64,000 bases of DNA. Origin: a virus (lineage: Duplodnaviria; Heunggongvirae; Uroviricota; Caudoviricetes). Below, piece after piece: positions 37,857 to 46,442 of the stretch. The first letter of the stretch is position 1, and each line of letters starts with the position of its first letter. The translations under genes were made by a program, and so were the position numbers. A model generated the notes under the pieces. The model did not search any database and was not told the DNA's origin. It saw only the letters and a program-made list of their open reading frames with translations. The DNA is taken from positions 24,841-88,840 of the IMG/VR virus record IMGVR_UViG_2541047117_000001; one strand, given 5' to 3'.

Positions 37857-38861
37857 TTAGTGTGCTAGAGTATCCGCATCTCGCAAGATTTCTAACATCT
37901 CGTATGTTTCATCTCCTACAAGTCGTCTTAGTCTCTTCTGACCTTTTTCACCTGCATTAAGCAGAACCATGTGGAACTGAATCAGTTTAGTGACTTGAAG
38001 GATAAAATCATCATTATGTACTGCTTTAGCAAGAATTGAGCTAGCCATTTGCGCTCCTACATTCTCATGTGAGATGAAGTTTGCATAGCGTGTTTCCTCA
38101 CCGTCACGGCTCTCAAAATTCTTACAGTATGGTTTGCCAATATCATGAAGCAGTGCAGTCCACAGCATCACTAATCGGTCATATTCACTTCCATTATCAA
38201 AGTTGTCAAAGACATATTTGTATACATGGTATACATGGCGACTCACAGAGAATGAATGGTATTTCGAATCCTGTGGCATGTTATACATGGCTAAGAACTC
38301 AGGGAAATACCCCATAAGACCTGTCATGATTTCTTCATGAGTTCCGCCACTTTGAACAATCTTCATAATGTTTCTGCGGTCTTCAATATCAAATACACCC
38401 TCTTGACGTTGAATGATATATACATCATCCCAACCTTCCTCTTTGATTGGTACATTTAAGCTCTTGTATGAGCGCTCAATCACGAAAGGTGGTACTGGTT
38501 TTCCTCTTAATCCATTATCTAAAAGAGCTACTTCAACAGCCGTATTAATGTAATACACAAACTTCATAGCACCAGTCGCTTTAAAAGTCTTATTAAGTCG
38601 TTGAAGTAATCCGATTCTACGGTTACGATTGATATTTGTTGCATCATATACAACACTTTTTCCTTGCATTAGAGCTTCCACGGTTCGCTCAAACATTAGA
38701 GCAAACACATCCTGACTATTGCGCTCATGGTCTTCACCATTTAACTCTTTACCAATCACGTCAGAGGAAAGCAGAACTGCATTATCTCTTTCTGCTAGAA
38801 GCTCTGCGAATGATGTTTTTCCGCTTGCAGGGATGCCTACCATCATCATAAATTTAAGCAT
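37857..38861 (-). CDS. pnk: polynucleotide 5'-kinase fused to an HD-domain phosphohydrolase (RNA end-healing enzyme)
   Basis: N-terminal P-loop GIPASGKTSF; C-terminal HD motif ALLHDIGKP. Confidence 0.65.
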   Translation of the reverse strand: MLKFMMMVGIPASGKTSFAELLAERDNAVLLSSDVIGKELNGEDHERNSQDVFALMFERTVEALMQGKSVVYDATNINRNRRIGLLQRLNKTFKATGAMKFVYYINTAVEVALLDNGLRGKPVPPFVIERSYKSLNVPIKEEGWDDVYIIQRQEGVFDIEDRRNIMKIVQSGGTHEEIMTGLMGYFPEFLAMYNMPQDSKYHSFSVSRHVYHVYKYVFDNFDNGSEYDRLVMLWTALLHDIGKPYCKNFESRDGEETRYANFISHENVGAQMASSILAKAVHNDDFILQVTKLIQFHMVLLNAGEKGQKRLRRLVGDETYEMLEILRDADTLAH

Positions 38862-39990
38862 CTTCTTCCTCTCCCTCTTTGATGAACTCTCTGTAGTTTT
38901 TGTAGATATACATCTTGATTACATCAATGTTAATCTCCTTGCTGTCGTAGCCTGTGAAGATTAGAGATTGATATTTCTTCTCTAGAGATTCATTATTTTT
39001 TACATTTGTAGCGAAATCTTTACGAGTCTCTGCATTAGCAAGACACTCTTCTAATATGTATTGAAGATTCGTAGTAATCGTCACAGCAAGTGCATCCCAT
39101 TGCTCTTGGAATGATTCCACTTCCTTGCGGAACTCTTCGGGAACTTGCTCGATTAATTCTTTCATTTTGCCAGTATGCCAAGCTTCTAGTTTTCGCTTGA
39201 GTGATAATCCGTAAGCTACACGGTGTACAGCCATATAATCATCGCCTTTTACCTTTAATCGCTTACCACTATCCCACTGCAATACCCAACCTTCTTCATT
39301 GGCAGGGATTTCACTCTTCATTTTGATTGCTTCATCAATGGTTAAATCTACTTGCTCAGTCACGGGCATATCTAACATTTGACCGACAGCTTTCAACGAA
39401 TCCATTGTTAAATCAATTGGAAACTTACCTCGGATGTCGATAGCTCCGATAAGAACTAAGTCAGACATTCCTTCGTAATCCACGACGATTCTTGTCTTAG
39501 GGTCGATGATTTCAACTAAAAGAGTAATTCCTCGTAGTGTTTCACGAAGCTTCTCATCTTTAATTATTTTGGTAGCATACTTTCTATCCCAAATTTCATT
39601 CGCAATAAATGCCTGCTTAGATTCGAAAGAGCCTCTAGTAGCCCAAAATAAAGCATTACCCATCATATAACTAATGCCTAATGAGCCATCGTGCTTCACT
39701 GTTAATGTCGGCGGATTACAATCACATCGTGGAATATCACGCTGATACTCTAAATTCTCATCTACATTGAAGAACTTTGGAAACGGCTTAGCAACGACTT
39801 CTAATGTATTCGTATCAAGGATTAATCCTCGTGCCATCATTGTTTCATTATTCCATCGACGGTCAACAACAGCTCGGTTTGTATAATTGAGAATTACTAG
39901 ATTCTTAAACCAAGGATGTCGTTTTTCAGCAATGTAGCCCTCTTCCTTTTCAAGTTGGAACTTCTTATAGTCCGCTAAAGTGAACTGCAT
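38854..39990 (-). CDS. rnl: RNA ligase (Rnl1-type nucleotidyltransferase)
   Basis: 378 aa; motif I KHDGSL, as in T4 RnlA KEDGSL; overlaps and is co-transcribed with pnk. Confidence 0.65.
   Translation of the reverse strand: MQFTLADYKKFQLEKEEGYIAEKRHPWFKNLVILNYTNRAVVDRRWNNETMMARGLILDTNTLEVVAKPFPKFFNVDENLEYQRDIPRCDCNPPTLTVKHDGSLGISYMMGNALFWATRGSFESKQAFIANEIWDRKYATKIIKDEKLRETLRGITLLVEIIDPKTRIVVDYEGMSDLVLIGAIDIRGKFPIDLTMDSLKAVGQMLDMPVTEQVDLTIDEAIKMKSEIPANEEGWVLQWDSGKRLKVKGDDYMAVHRVAYGLSLKRKLEAWHTGKMKELIEQVPEEFRKEVESFQEQWDALAVTITTNLQYILEECLANAETRKDFATNVKNNESLEKKYQSLIFTGYDSKEINIDVIKMYIYKNYREFIKEGEEEDA
38989..39010 (-). promoter_or_regulatory. conserved repeated element, copy 19; lies inside the RNA ligase coding sequence
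   Basis: TACAAATGTAAAAAATAATGAA, encoding ...ATNVKNNES... of the ligase; ~125 nt upstream of pnk. Confidence 0.55.
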
Positions 39991-40000
39991 TCTAGCACCT

Positions 40001-40228
40001 CTATTCTTTATTCTGTTTTTCGTACTCTTTGATAATTTGACATTTCTTCAAATACCTGTACCATGCTTTAGAACCTATCTCGTCAACAGCTTTGCATTTA
40101 GGACAGAAGCAAGTAACCATAACGATTCTTTTGTACTTCCCATAGCTACCGATGGTCTCTGTTCTTTCGTCGAGATATTTCCATTCATGTTCACATCTCT
40201 TAAACAAGTTGCTTAACCACTTGAACAT
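40001..40228 (-). CDS. zinc-ribbon protein
   Basis: 75 aa with CEHEW...CFCPKC. Confidence 0.4.
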   Translation of the reverse strand: MFKWLSNLFKRCEHEWKYLDERTETIGSYGKYKRIVMVTCFCPKCKAVDEIGSKAWYRYLKKCQIIKEYEKQNKE

Positions 40229-40232
40229 CTAA

Positions 40233-40814
40233 TTACATCTCTTTTACGTCAACTTTGTACTCAATTGAGTTACATAGCATCTTAGCGAACTTCTCAATCT
40301 CTTCTTTGACAGTACGAGTTTTAGTGAATAATGACTTGCGCTCACTCGCTTTCGCTTTCTTTCGGCTCTCTACTACTTCTACTTGAGCTTTTAAAGACTT
40401 CAATTGAGCATCTAATCCATCAAGCTCGATATCAACCTTATTTACTTCTTCTTGCATTGCTAACTCAGCAACTTCTAACTCTGTATTTAAACCTTGAATA
40501 TCTTCAAGTAAATCTTTTGCAATCTTGCGGTTTGTCTTGTCAGAATAACCGTAATCCGTTTTATATAATGTAACTAACGCTGTGTTGTCAGTATCGGCTA
40601 CTAAAATGATGTCACCGTTAATATAGAAATTTCGAGTGATATTTGACTCACCCAACTGTCCCTTCCAAATGAAGATGGCATGTTCCATCATCTTTTTGGC
40701 GTCCTCTGTAATCTTGTCATGATTTGCAGTTACGAAGACATTGATTTCCTCTTTACCTTTGATGCCCTTGATACGTTGAGCATATCGTCTTTTGCAATGT
40801 TTTGTTACGTTCAT
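40233..40814 (-). CDS. coiled-coil hypothetical protein
   Basis: 193 aa; GAGGGG RBS; motif upstream. Confidence 0.5.
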   Translation of the reverse strand: MNVTKHCKRRYAQRIKGIKGKEEINVFVTANHDKITEDAKKMMEHAIFIWKGQLGESNITRNFYINGDIILVADTDNTALVTLYKTDYGYSDKTNRKIAKDLLEDIQGLNTELEVAELAMQEEVNKVDIELDGLDAQLKSLKAQVEVVESRKKAKASERKSLFTKTRTVKEEIEKFAKMLCNSIEYKVDVKEM

Positions 40815-40828
40815 TGTTTACCCCTCGT

Positions 40829-40850
40829 TTCATTATTTTTTATACTTGCA
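40829..40850 (-). promoter_or_regulatory. conserved repeated element, copy 20
   Basis: TGCAAGTATAAAAAATAATGAA. Confidence 0.55.
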
Positions 40851-40871
40851 ATGAAGGAAGATAGCTCTCCC

Positions 40872-41015
40872 TCAGTATTGTTTAAAGAAAGTGTAATATG
40901 CACAAACAGCAAGTAATAGAAGAGTAACTACTCCCCAAAACATGCTCTTGAACAAACTCACTATACCAAGTAGAAGAGCTATAATCAATATGATTCCTAC
41001 GATTACTAAGCACAT
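40872..41015 (-). CDS. small membrane protein (47 aa; absent from the ORF track)
   Basis: [21 protein letters not shown]...; GGAGGG RBS; own sigma-A-like promoter. Confidence 0.4.
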
Positions 41016-41044
41016 ATTTAGTCCCTCCTAAAAGGTATATATTC

Positions 41045-41073
41045 ATTATATTTCACACAAAAGCATAAGTCAA
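41045..41073 (-). promoter_or_regulatory. sigma-A-type promoter (TTGACT, 17 bp, TATAAT) for the small membrane protein gene at 40872..41015
   Basis: -35 TTGACT at 41073..41068 and -10 TATAAT at 41050..41045, exact 17-bp spacer. Confidence 0.5.
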
Positions 41074-41081
41074 CAATATAT

Positions 41082-41103
41082 TTCATTATTTTTTACACTT
41101 ATT
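41082..41103 (-). promoter_or_regulatory. conserved repeated element, copy 21
   Basis: AATAAGTGTAAAAAATAATGAA; a second, degenerate copy at 41042..41060 overlaps a sigma-A-type -10. Confidence 0.55.
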
Positions 41104-41367
41104 GACCTCACCTTTAATTTTCCTTACTATAGTAGTTGAGCTTATTTTTGCTCTGATAAACTATCTATTTTTCTCTTGTTCGTGTTCTTCCCATAACAGC
41201 CACGAGCAAAAATGCAATAAGGATGATTGTATTTACAGTCATCACAAACCTATCGTGTTGGCGCACGGTGGGTTATTTTTTTGCATAAAACTCATCTTTT
41301 ACACAAGGTATATTTGTTTCCAACTATATCCATACTAAGAGAAACATACATAAAAGAGGTGTAATAT

Positions 41368-41601
41368 ATGAGTACAAATGATACTATGTTGAAACTCATT
41401 CCGCATATTGCAAAGCACATGAGTGTTATCAGGCATCATCAAGAATGGATAAAAAATAATCCCGATGAAAAAGAGGAAATAAAAAACCGAACAAAGGTTA
41501 TTAATGCTGAGAAAGAGCAGATAGAGATGATGGACTTTCTAATCAGACTCCGCCAGTCAATTGAGGAAACAAATGAAGAGTGGAATGAGAAGCAGGCATA
41601 A
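41368..41601 (+). CDS. hypothetical protein; the only convincing plus-strand gene
   Basis: 77 aa; AAAAGAGGTG RBS; followed by a bidirectional intrinsic terminator. Confidence 0.5.
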   Translation: MSTNDTMLKLIPHIAKHMSVIRHHQEWIKNNPDEKEEIKNRTKVINAEKEQIEMMDFLIRLRQSIEETNEEWNEKQA

Positions 41602-41602
41602 A

Positions 41603-41640
41603 AAAAGAACCCTCCTAATGGAAGGTTCTTCTTCTGTGTA
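41603..41640. terminator. bidirectional rho-independent terminator at the only strand switch
   Basis: GAACCCTCC / GGAAGGTTC hairpin flanked by A-run and T-run. Confidence 0.6.
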
Positions 41641-41697
41641 TTTTGCAATACACGCCTATGGTTTCTTATTATATTAGATGTAACCCATCAAGTCAAT

Positions 41698-41913
41698 CTA
41701 AGCTGACTCTTCATATTTTTCCAATTTCACTTTCATCGTAACATTCTCTATAATCAACTCTTTATTTGACTCTTCTTTGCGCTTAACCTCATTTTGAAGA
41801 TAAGTAATGTATTCTTTGATATCTCTTACTGTAGAGTCTTCCACTATCTTATCTACTGACAGCTTTGCTCCATGACTAGATAAATGAGATAAAGCTTTTG
41901 CTATCTTGCTCAT
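41698..41913 (-). CDS. hypothetical protein
   Basis: start moved to MSKIAK (ATG 41913) after an AGAGAGGG RBS; the upstream extension would include a terminator hairpin. Confidence 0.45.
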   Translation of the reverse strand: MSKIAKALSHLSSHGAKLSVDKIVEDSTVRDIKEYITYLQNEVKRKEESNKELIIENVTMKVKLEKYEESA

Positions 41914-41939
41914 ATATATCGCCCTCTCTTTAAATAACG

Positions 41940-42005
41940 AAAAAGAGCTTCGCTTTCGCAAAGCTCCTTCCCTCACCTGCTAACGCCACTAGCAGGTGTT
42001 TTGTT
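41940..42005. terminator. back-to-back terminator hairpins (minus: GAGCTT / AAGCTC plus TTTTT; plus: CACCTGCT / AGCAGGTG plus TTTTGTTGT)
   Basis: two adjacent stem-loops, each followed by a U-run on its own strand. Confidence 0.5.
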
Positions 42006-42157
42006 GTGTGTGTCGTAGTTGGTTGGTAGTAATTTCTTTCTTCATGAGACAAACTTTTGAATCCAAACTCGAAAAATAATAGGAAATAGTATAAAAAAGT
42101 AATTCAACTTATGTTCTGTGTAAGCTTTGATTTGTTTTGCTTACAAGATATATATTA

Positions 42158-42178
42158 TCATTATTTTAAACACTTGTA
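42158..42178 (-). promoter_or_regulatory. conserved repeated element, copy 22 (variant)
   Basis: TACAAGTGTTTAAAATAATGA; sits ~180 nt upstream of a terminator, so it may drive a short non-coding transcript. Confidence 0.45.
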
Positions 42179-42204
42179 AACCATAAAATTAATTATTTTT
42201 TATA

Positions 42205-42420
42205 TTAGTGTGCGTACAGCAAACCTTTGTCTTCTACCTGCCTCATTACATCTCCATACGTCATCGTATGATTGTACAAGACCATCGCACTATATCGCTG
42301 ATTAGAAGACATTTGATAACTTACTTTAACTACTTGGTCTCCTAATGTTTCTAGTACTTTGTTTAAGTCACGTTCTAATCCTAAATCTGTATGAGATTCG
42401 ACAATCTTGGCTCTAAGCAT
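42205..42420 (-). CDS. hypothetical protein
   Basis: 71-aa ORF. Confidence 0.45.
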   Translation of the reverse strand: MLRAKIVESHTDLGLERDLNKVLETLGDQVVKVSYQMSSNQRYSAMVLYNHTMTYGDVMRQVEDKGLLYAH

Positions 42421-42432
42421 TCTTTCCCTCTC

Positions 42433-42747
42433 CTAACTCTTAAATTTAAATAGTTTTACCTTCAAGAACTTCTTCAAACATCCTTGCAAGAACAGTACAA
42501 ATACACCTAATACAATTGCAGGTAATACTAACGGTGTGCGAAGTAAATCATACAAAGTAAAGTATTCACGCTCGAAGAAAGTCTGTCTGATTGCACTTGT
42601 CATCGGAAACGGTTGTCGCTTCGTATAGTAGTGATACTTACTGTATAGTCCGAATGCATTTACTAATGTGAAAATCACATAGACAATCCATAATAAGAAC
42701 AACCACCATTGCATTCCAAAGATTTCAAACGTTAAAAATTGATACAT
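42433..42747 (-). CDS. membrane protein
   Basis: 104 aa, two or three TM helices. Confidence 0.45.
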   Translation of the reverse strand: MYQFLTFEIFGMQWWLFLLWIVYVIFTLVNAFGLYSKYHYYTKRQPFPMTSAIRQTFFEREYFTLYDLLRTPLVLPAIVLGVFVLFLQGCLKKFLKVKLFKFKS

Positions 42748-42836
42748 ACCCTTTTCTCTCCTCTTCTGTCATCCCTAAATGAATAGGGTTCTCTTCTTTA
42801 ATTGCAGTAACTAAGACACTGCTCAATACACTGACA

Positions 42837-43100
42837 TTAATTTCGTGCGATACTTGCATTAGCCCAAAACACCGCTTCCTCAATTTTTGTAATAGCTAAT
42901 GACTTCTCACGGCTATTAGGACATAAGCCATCAATTAAGTTAGCAAAATGCAAACCTTCATTTCTAATATCTACATACTTCTCCACTTGCCCCTCTTTTG
43001 GTGGGTGATGTGTGAAGTTATTTTTCAATTGTTCTTTCATAATATTAATCTCCTCTCTATCCAAGAATGCCACTTTTAACATAAACACAGTCAAATTCAT
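42837..43100 (-). CDS. hypothetical protein
   Basis: 87-aa ORF. Confidence 0.4.
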   Translation of the reverse strand: MNLTVFMLKVAFLDREEINIMKEQLKNNFTHHPPKEGQVEKYVDIRNEGLHFANLIDGLCPNSREKSLAITKIEEAVFWANASIARN

Positions 43101-43323
43101 GTCCCGTATTCAGTGCTTCTTCAAAATCCTTTAGTGTTTCAATTCTTTTATTATGTTGAATTACTCCACTTGGAGGATTTGGATGCTTATCGCATGGATA
43201 AATAAGAACCTGATGTGAACCTTTCCATGCCATATATTCATTGCCATTCGCTCCAAACCAAAACATATTTGTATGACTATCCCAATGCAAAGTATTCACT
43301 CCTATCTCTTTGGATGACCACAT
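43057..43323 (-). CDS. hypothetical protein
   Basis: 88-aa ORF. Confidence 0.4.
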   Translation of the reverse strand: MWSSKEIGVNTLHWDSHTNMFWFGANGNEYMAWKGSHQVLIYPCDKHPNPPSGVIQHNKRIETLKDFEEALNTGHEFDCVYVKSGILG

Positions 43324-43556
43324 GCCTCTTCATAACTCCAATAGCCTCTGCACTCTGTTGAACTTGGTGTCATTTTAAAATCAGTTAAACTTTCAGAAAC
43401 ACATACTTTAGAATCAGAACGATTAGGAAAGTACAAATTCCAATAACATTCTGTACAACTGCAAGCTAAATCTTGACCTTCTTGAACCTTATCAATCTTA
43501 GCAAACAATTCATTTATACCTACTAAACCTTCGATTGTAATCACCTTTCCTTTCAA
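43302..43556 (-). CDS. hypothetical Cys-containing protein
   Basis: 84 aa; non-ATG start, poor RBS. Confidence 0.3.
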   Translation of the reverse strand: MKGKVITIEGLVGINELFAKIDKVQEGQDLACSCTECYWNLYFPNRSDSKVCVSESLTDFKMTPSSTECRGYWSYEEACGHPKR

Positions 43557-43672
43557 ATACTGAGCTATCTAACTGCTTCAACCACCTTATGCAAGGTTGT
43601 GGGTCTTTCTTCATGGAAGAGCAGGGTTACAGGTCTATAGCTCGCCTACTGTTAACCCTTGTTCGGCAAATC

Positions 43673-45292
43673 TTACATATGTCTGTAATCGTCTAAGATT
43701 ACTTGAATCGTTACGATATTTTTTCGATGTCCCCAATGGAAGAACTCATTGATGTTTAATTCTCCAACAATCTCGATATCATCGAATGTATCTACATCAT
43801 CTGCATATTCACTGTTCTCACGGAATCGAATCGCATCTAAGCAGTTTGTAACAAGCTTGACTGTATCCTTGTTTTTACCCATTACTTTGCGCTCATCAAC
43901 CATTAAATCGGTTACTCGGACTTTGACTTTCTCGAATCCGTTACCTGCAATACGGTTAATCTCTTGCAGTTCCTCTACGAATCCCATCGTTACATCTCGA
44001 CCTTTCATTTCTAAGTCGTATTCGATGTCATCTAAGAAGATATCCATATTGATGTGTTCATTGAAGTAGTCTCGTAGCTCTTCTACATTCTCAGCTACAA
44101 CCTCTACACCACCTGCAAATGGATGACCAACAGATTTCTTTACAAGTCCAGTTCGTTTTAGATAACTGTTCATGTTGAAATCTCCCATACTTCGGAAACT
44201 TCCTGCAATCTTATCTCCAAAATCACGAGCTACAATAGCAGGTCGCTTATATTTCTGAGCAATCTTATTAGCTACTAATCCATTAAATGATTTTGACGGG
44301 TCATTACCAATCGCAATGATAATCTTGTCATTCGGATTAACTTGCTCTTCGTACATCTTCATAAGCTCGATTTCCTTCTTCTTACGGTCATCATTTAGCT
44401 TAGCCATCTGTTTTACAATCTTCTTACACTCCAATGGGTCACGTTCTAATAGAAGTTCGATTGCTAATTCAATCTTATCCATTCGAGCTACACCATTAAT
44501 TAGAGGCGCAATACTGAATCCAATAGTAGTAGATGATACTTCATCAAACTTCACGTTGGCATTGTCTAAGATTGCTTTTAGCCCTTCATTTTGAATGTTT
44601 GTGATACCATCCATAATCAGGCGTCGATTCTCCATTACAGAGAGATTCATTACATCGGCTACAATACCAACTGCAACTAAATCTAAGTAATCTTCAATCA
44701 TTCCAGTACCAAAACTATCATCAAGCACTTGAACTACTTTATATGTAACTCCTGCACCACTGATTGCTTTATTCGGGTAATCGTCCATTTGCGGATTTAC
44801 AATCGTTGCATATGGATTCTCTACTTCAAAGTCATGGTGGTCAACTACGAGTACGTCCATGCCACGTTCTACAAGCTTTTTACATCCCTCTACTGAGTTT
44901 GTAGATGAATCTAGTACAACAACTAGCTTTGTCTCATCATCAATCTTATCCACTTGATACTCGACACCGTGACCTTCTGCACGCTGATGGTAAACGTAGT
45001 ATACATTGTCTGTGAACTGGGAAAGATAATCGACGAGGATTGCAGTGGATGTTACGCCATCGGCATCTACGTCAGCACTGACCGCAATTCTCTCTCCTTT
45101 TAATACAGCTTCTTTAATTCTCTCTGCGACTTCACGAATGTTATCCAACAAATACGGGTCATGTAAAACATTTACTGGTGGGTCTAGAAAATCCTCAATG
45201 TTCTCAATACCTCTTATCTTTGCAATCCTCTTCGTAAGCGAATCCGCTTTCAAGATTCTCTTAGTTGGTTTTCTTTTAATCCAATCCATCAA
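43673..45292 (-). CDS. RecJ-like single-strand DNA exonuclease (DHH/DHHA1 family)
   Basis: 539 aa; DHH motifs (VSADVDADG ... VVDHH). Confidence 0.75.
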   Translation of the reverse strand: MMDWIKRKPTKRILKADSLTKRIAKIRGIENIEDFLDPPVNVLHDPYLLDNIREVAERIKEAVLKGERIAVSADVDADGVTSTAILVDYLSQFTDNVYYVYHQRAEGHGVEYQVDKIDDETKLVVVLDSSTNSVEGCKKLVERGMDVLVVDHHDFEVENPYATIVNPQMDDYPNKAISGAGVTYKVVQVLDDSFGTGMIEDYLDLVAVGIVADVMNLSVMENRRLIMDGITNIQNEGLKAILDNANVKFDEVSSTTIGFSIAPLINGVARMDKIELAIELLLERDPLECKKIVKQMAKLNDDRKKKEIELMKMYEEQVNPNDKIIIAIGNDPSKSFNGLVANKIAQKYKRPAIVARDFGDKIAGSFRSMGDFNMNSYLKRTGLVKKSVGHPFAGGVEVVAENVEELRDYFNEHINMDIFLDDIEYDLEMKGRDVTMGFVEELQEINRIAGNGFEKVKVRVTDLMVDERKVMGKNKDTVKLVTNCLDAIRFRENSEYADDVDTFDDIEIVGELNINEFFHWGHRKNIVTIQVILDDYRHM

Positions 45293-45330
45293 ACACTCTC
45301 CTTATTTAAAGACGAGCCGAAGCTCGCCTA

Positions 45331-45352
45331 TTCATTATTTTTTACACTTGTA
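45331..45352 (-). promoter_or_regulatory. conserved repeated element, copy 23
   Basis: exact consensus upstream of the RecJ-like gene; a leader hairpin follows at 45310..45330. Confidence 0.65.
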
Positions 45353-45368
45353 AGACATTTATTAGAGC

Positions 45369-46427
45369 CTATAGCTCCTTTCCACGTACAAAGAAACAGT
45401 TCTCTTCAAGTAATTTCTCAAAGACTTCTTGTCCTTTATCCACTGGTGCTTCCTTACCTTGTAGCAAGTCTTCTACATCGAAAATTGCATGTATTTCACG
45501 ATTTGTAATCTTCTCAGCTTGGCTGTATACAAATTCAGCATCCTTATCTTTGTCCATCGCAAAGATTATTTGTACATCGTGACCAAGATTCTTAATTAAT
45601 TGAGCCTGCACATCACTTAATTCATCACCACAGATTGCTATGCACTCTCCGTATCCATATTGATGAGCAAACATTACACTCTTCTCAGATTCAAAGATGA
45701 TAACTCTCTTAATGTCTTTGATTATTGGCGTTGCACGATATAGATTGAACAGTTCAATACTCTTATTACATGGATATAAATAAAGGTATTTTCTTGAATC
45801 ATTCACCACTGTTCTTCCTTTGACTCCAACTAATTCTCCTCTTACATCTCTAATGGCAAATACAATGCGTTCACTTAAAATATCGAATCCTACTTCAAAT
45901 TCACACTGTGTTTCCCATGATAACCCTTCATCTATCCACCATTTAGCAGGATACATGTCGTAGTATTTGTAGGTTTCCTCTACATCTAATACATCATTAG
46001 GCGTTATCTCAGCTAAGTCTACGACTCTTGTACGCTTCTTTTTAATTGGTTTCAACCAATGTAATAAGTCTGCTCTCTTTTTCTTGTCCTTGCTTAGCAA
46101 GTGATGACAATCAAGAATATCGACTAACCATTCCTTTGCTCTGTAGAGGTCATTTTGCATCTCATCTTCTGTTTTGCAGTCATGTTTGATGTAAGATACC
46201 AATGAATAAATATCCCCTGTCATACCTCTAGAGCGTATATGAGCAGATAGATTGTCATTGACACGGATTTGAACACTTCGCCTATTGTTACTATTAAACT
46301 TATCAGGTAATTGAGCCTCATAGCGGTTGTTTCGTAATTCAATATGACTACATCCAAGCTCCTCAAGGACGAAATCTATCTTTTCTTTTTCTAAGATAAA
46401 CTGTTTAATCTTTTTTAAATCAGACAC
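45369..46427 (-). CDS. DNA primase (Toprim-domain)
   Basis: 352 aa; Toprim-like E ... DxD (IIFESEKS, AMDKDKD). Confidence 0.5.
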   Translation of the reverse strand: MSDLKKIKQFILEKEKIDFVLEELGCSHIELRNNRYEAQLPDKFNSNNRRSVQIRVNDNLSAHIRSRGMTGDIYSLVSYIKHDCKTEDEMQNDLYRAKEWLVDILDCHHLLSKDKKKRADLLHWLKPIKKKRTRVVDLAEITPNDVLDVEETYKYYDMYPAKWWIDEGLSWETQCEFEVGFDILSERIVFAIRDVRGELVGVKGRTVVNDSRKYLYLYPCNKSIELFNLYRATPIIKDIKRVIIFESEKSVMFAHQYGYGECIAICGDELSDVQAQLIKNLGHDVQIIFAMDKDKDAEFVYSQAEKITNREIHAIFDVEDLLQGKEAPVDKGQEVFEKLLEENCFFVRGKEL

Positions 46428-46442
46428 CGCAATACCAACTTC

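Noticed and set aside
41102-41338. Plus-strand 78-aa ORF in the divergent regulatory region
   Set aside because: It overlaps the sigma-A promoter and repeated-element region and has no RBS. The region fits better as promoter and leader DNA, possibly with a plus-strand terminator at about 41249..41290.
43557-43672. Intergenic region examined for a tRNA or structured RNA
   Set aside because: Only one imperfect hairpin (GGGTTAACAG/CTGTAACCC) is present. There is no cloverleaf and no T-loop GTTC motif. No tRNA was recognised anywhere by eye, and a tRNAscan run would be needed to be sure.
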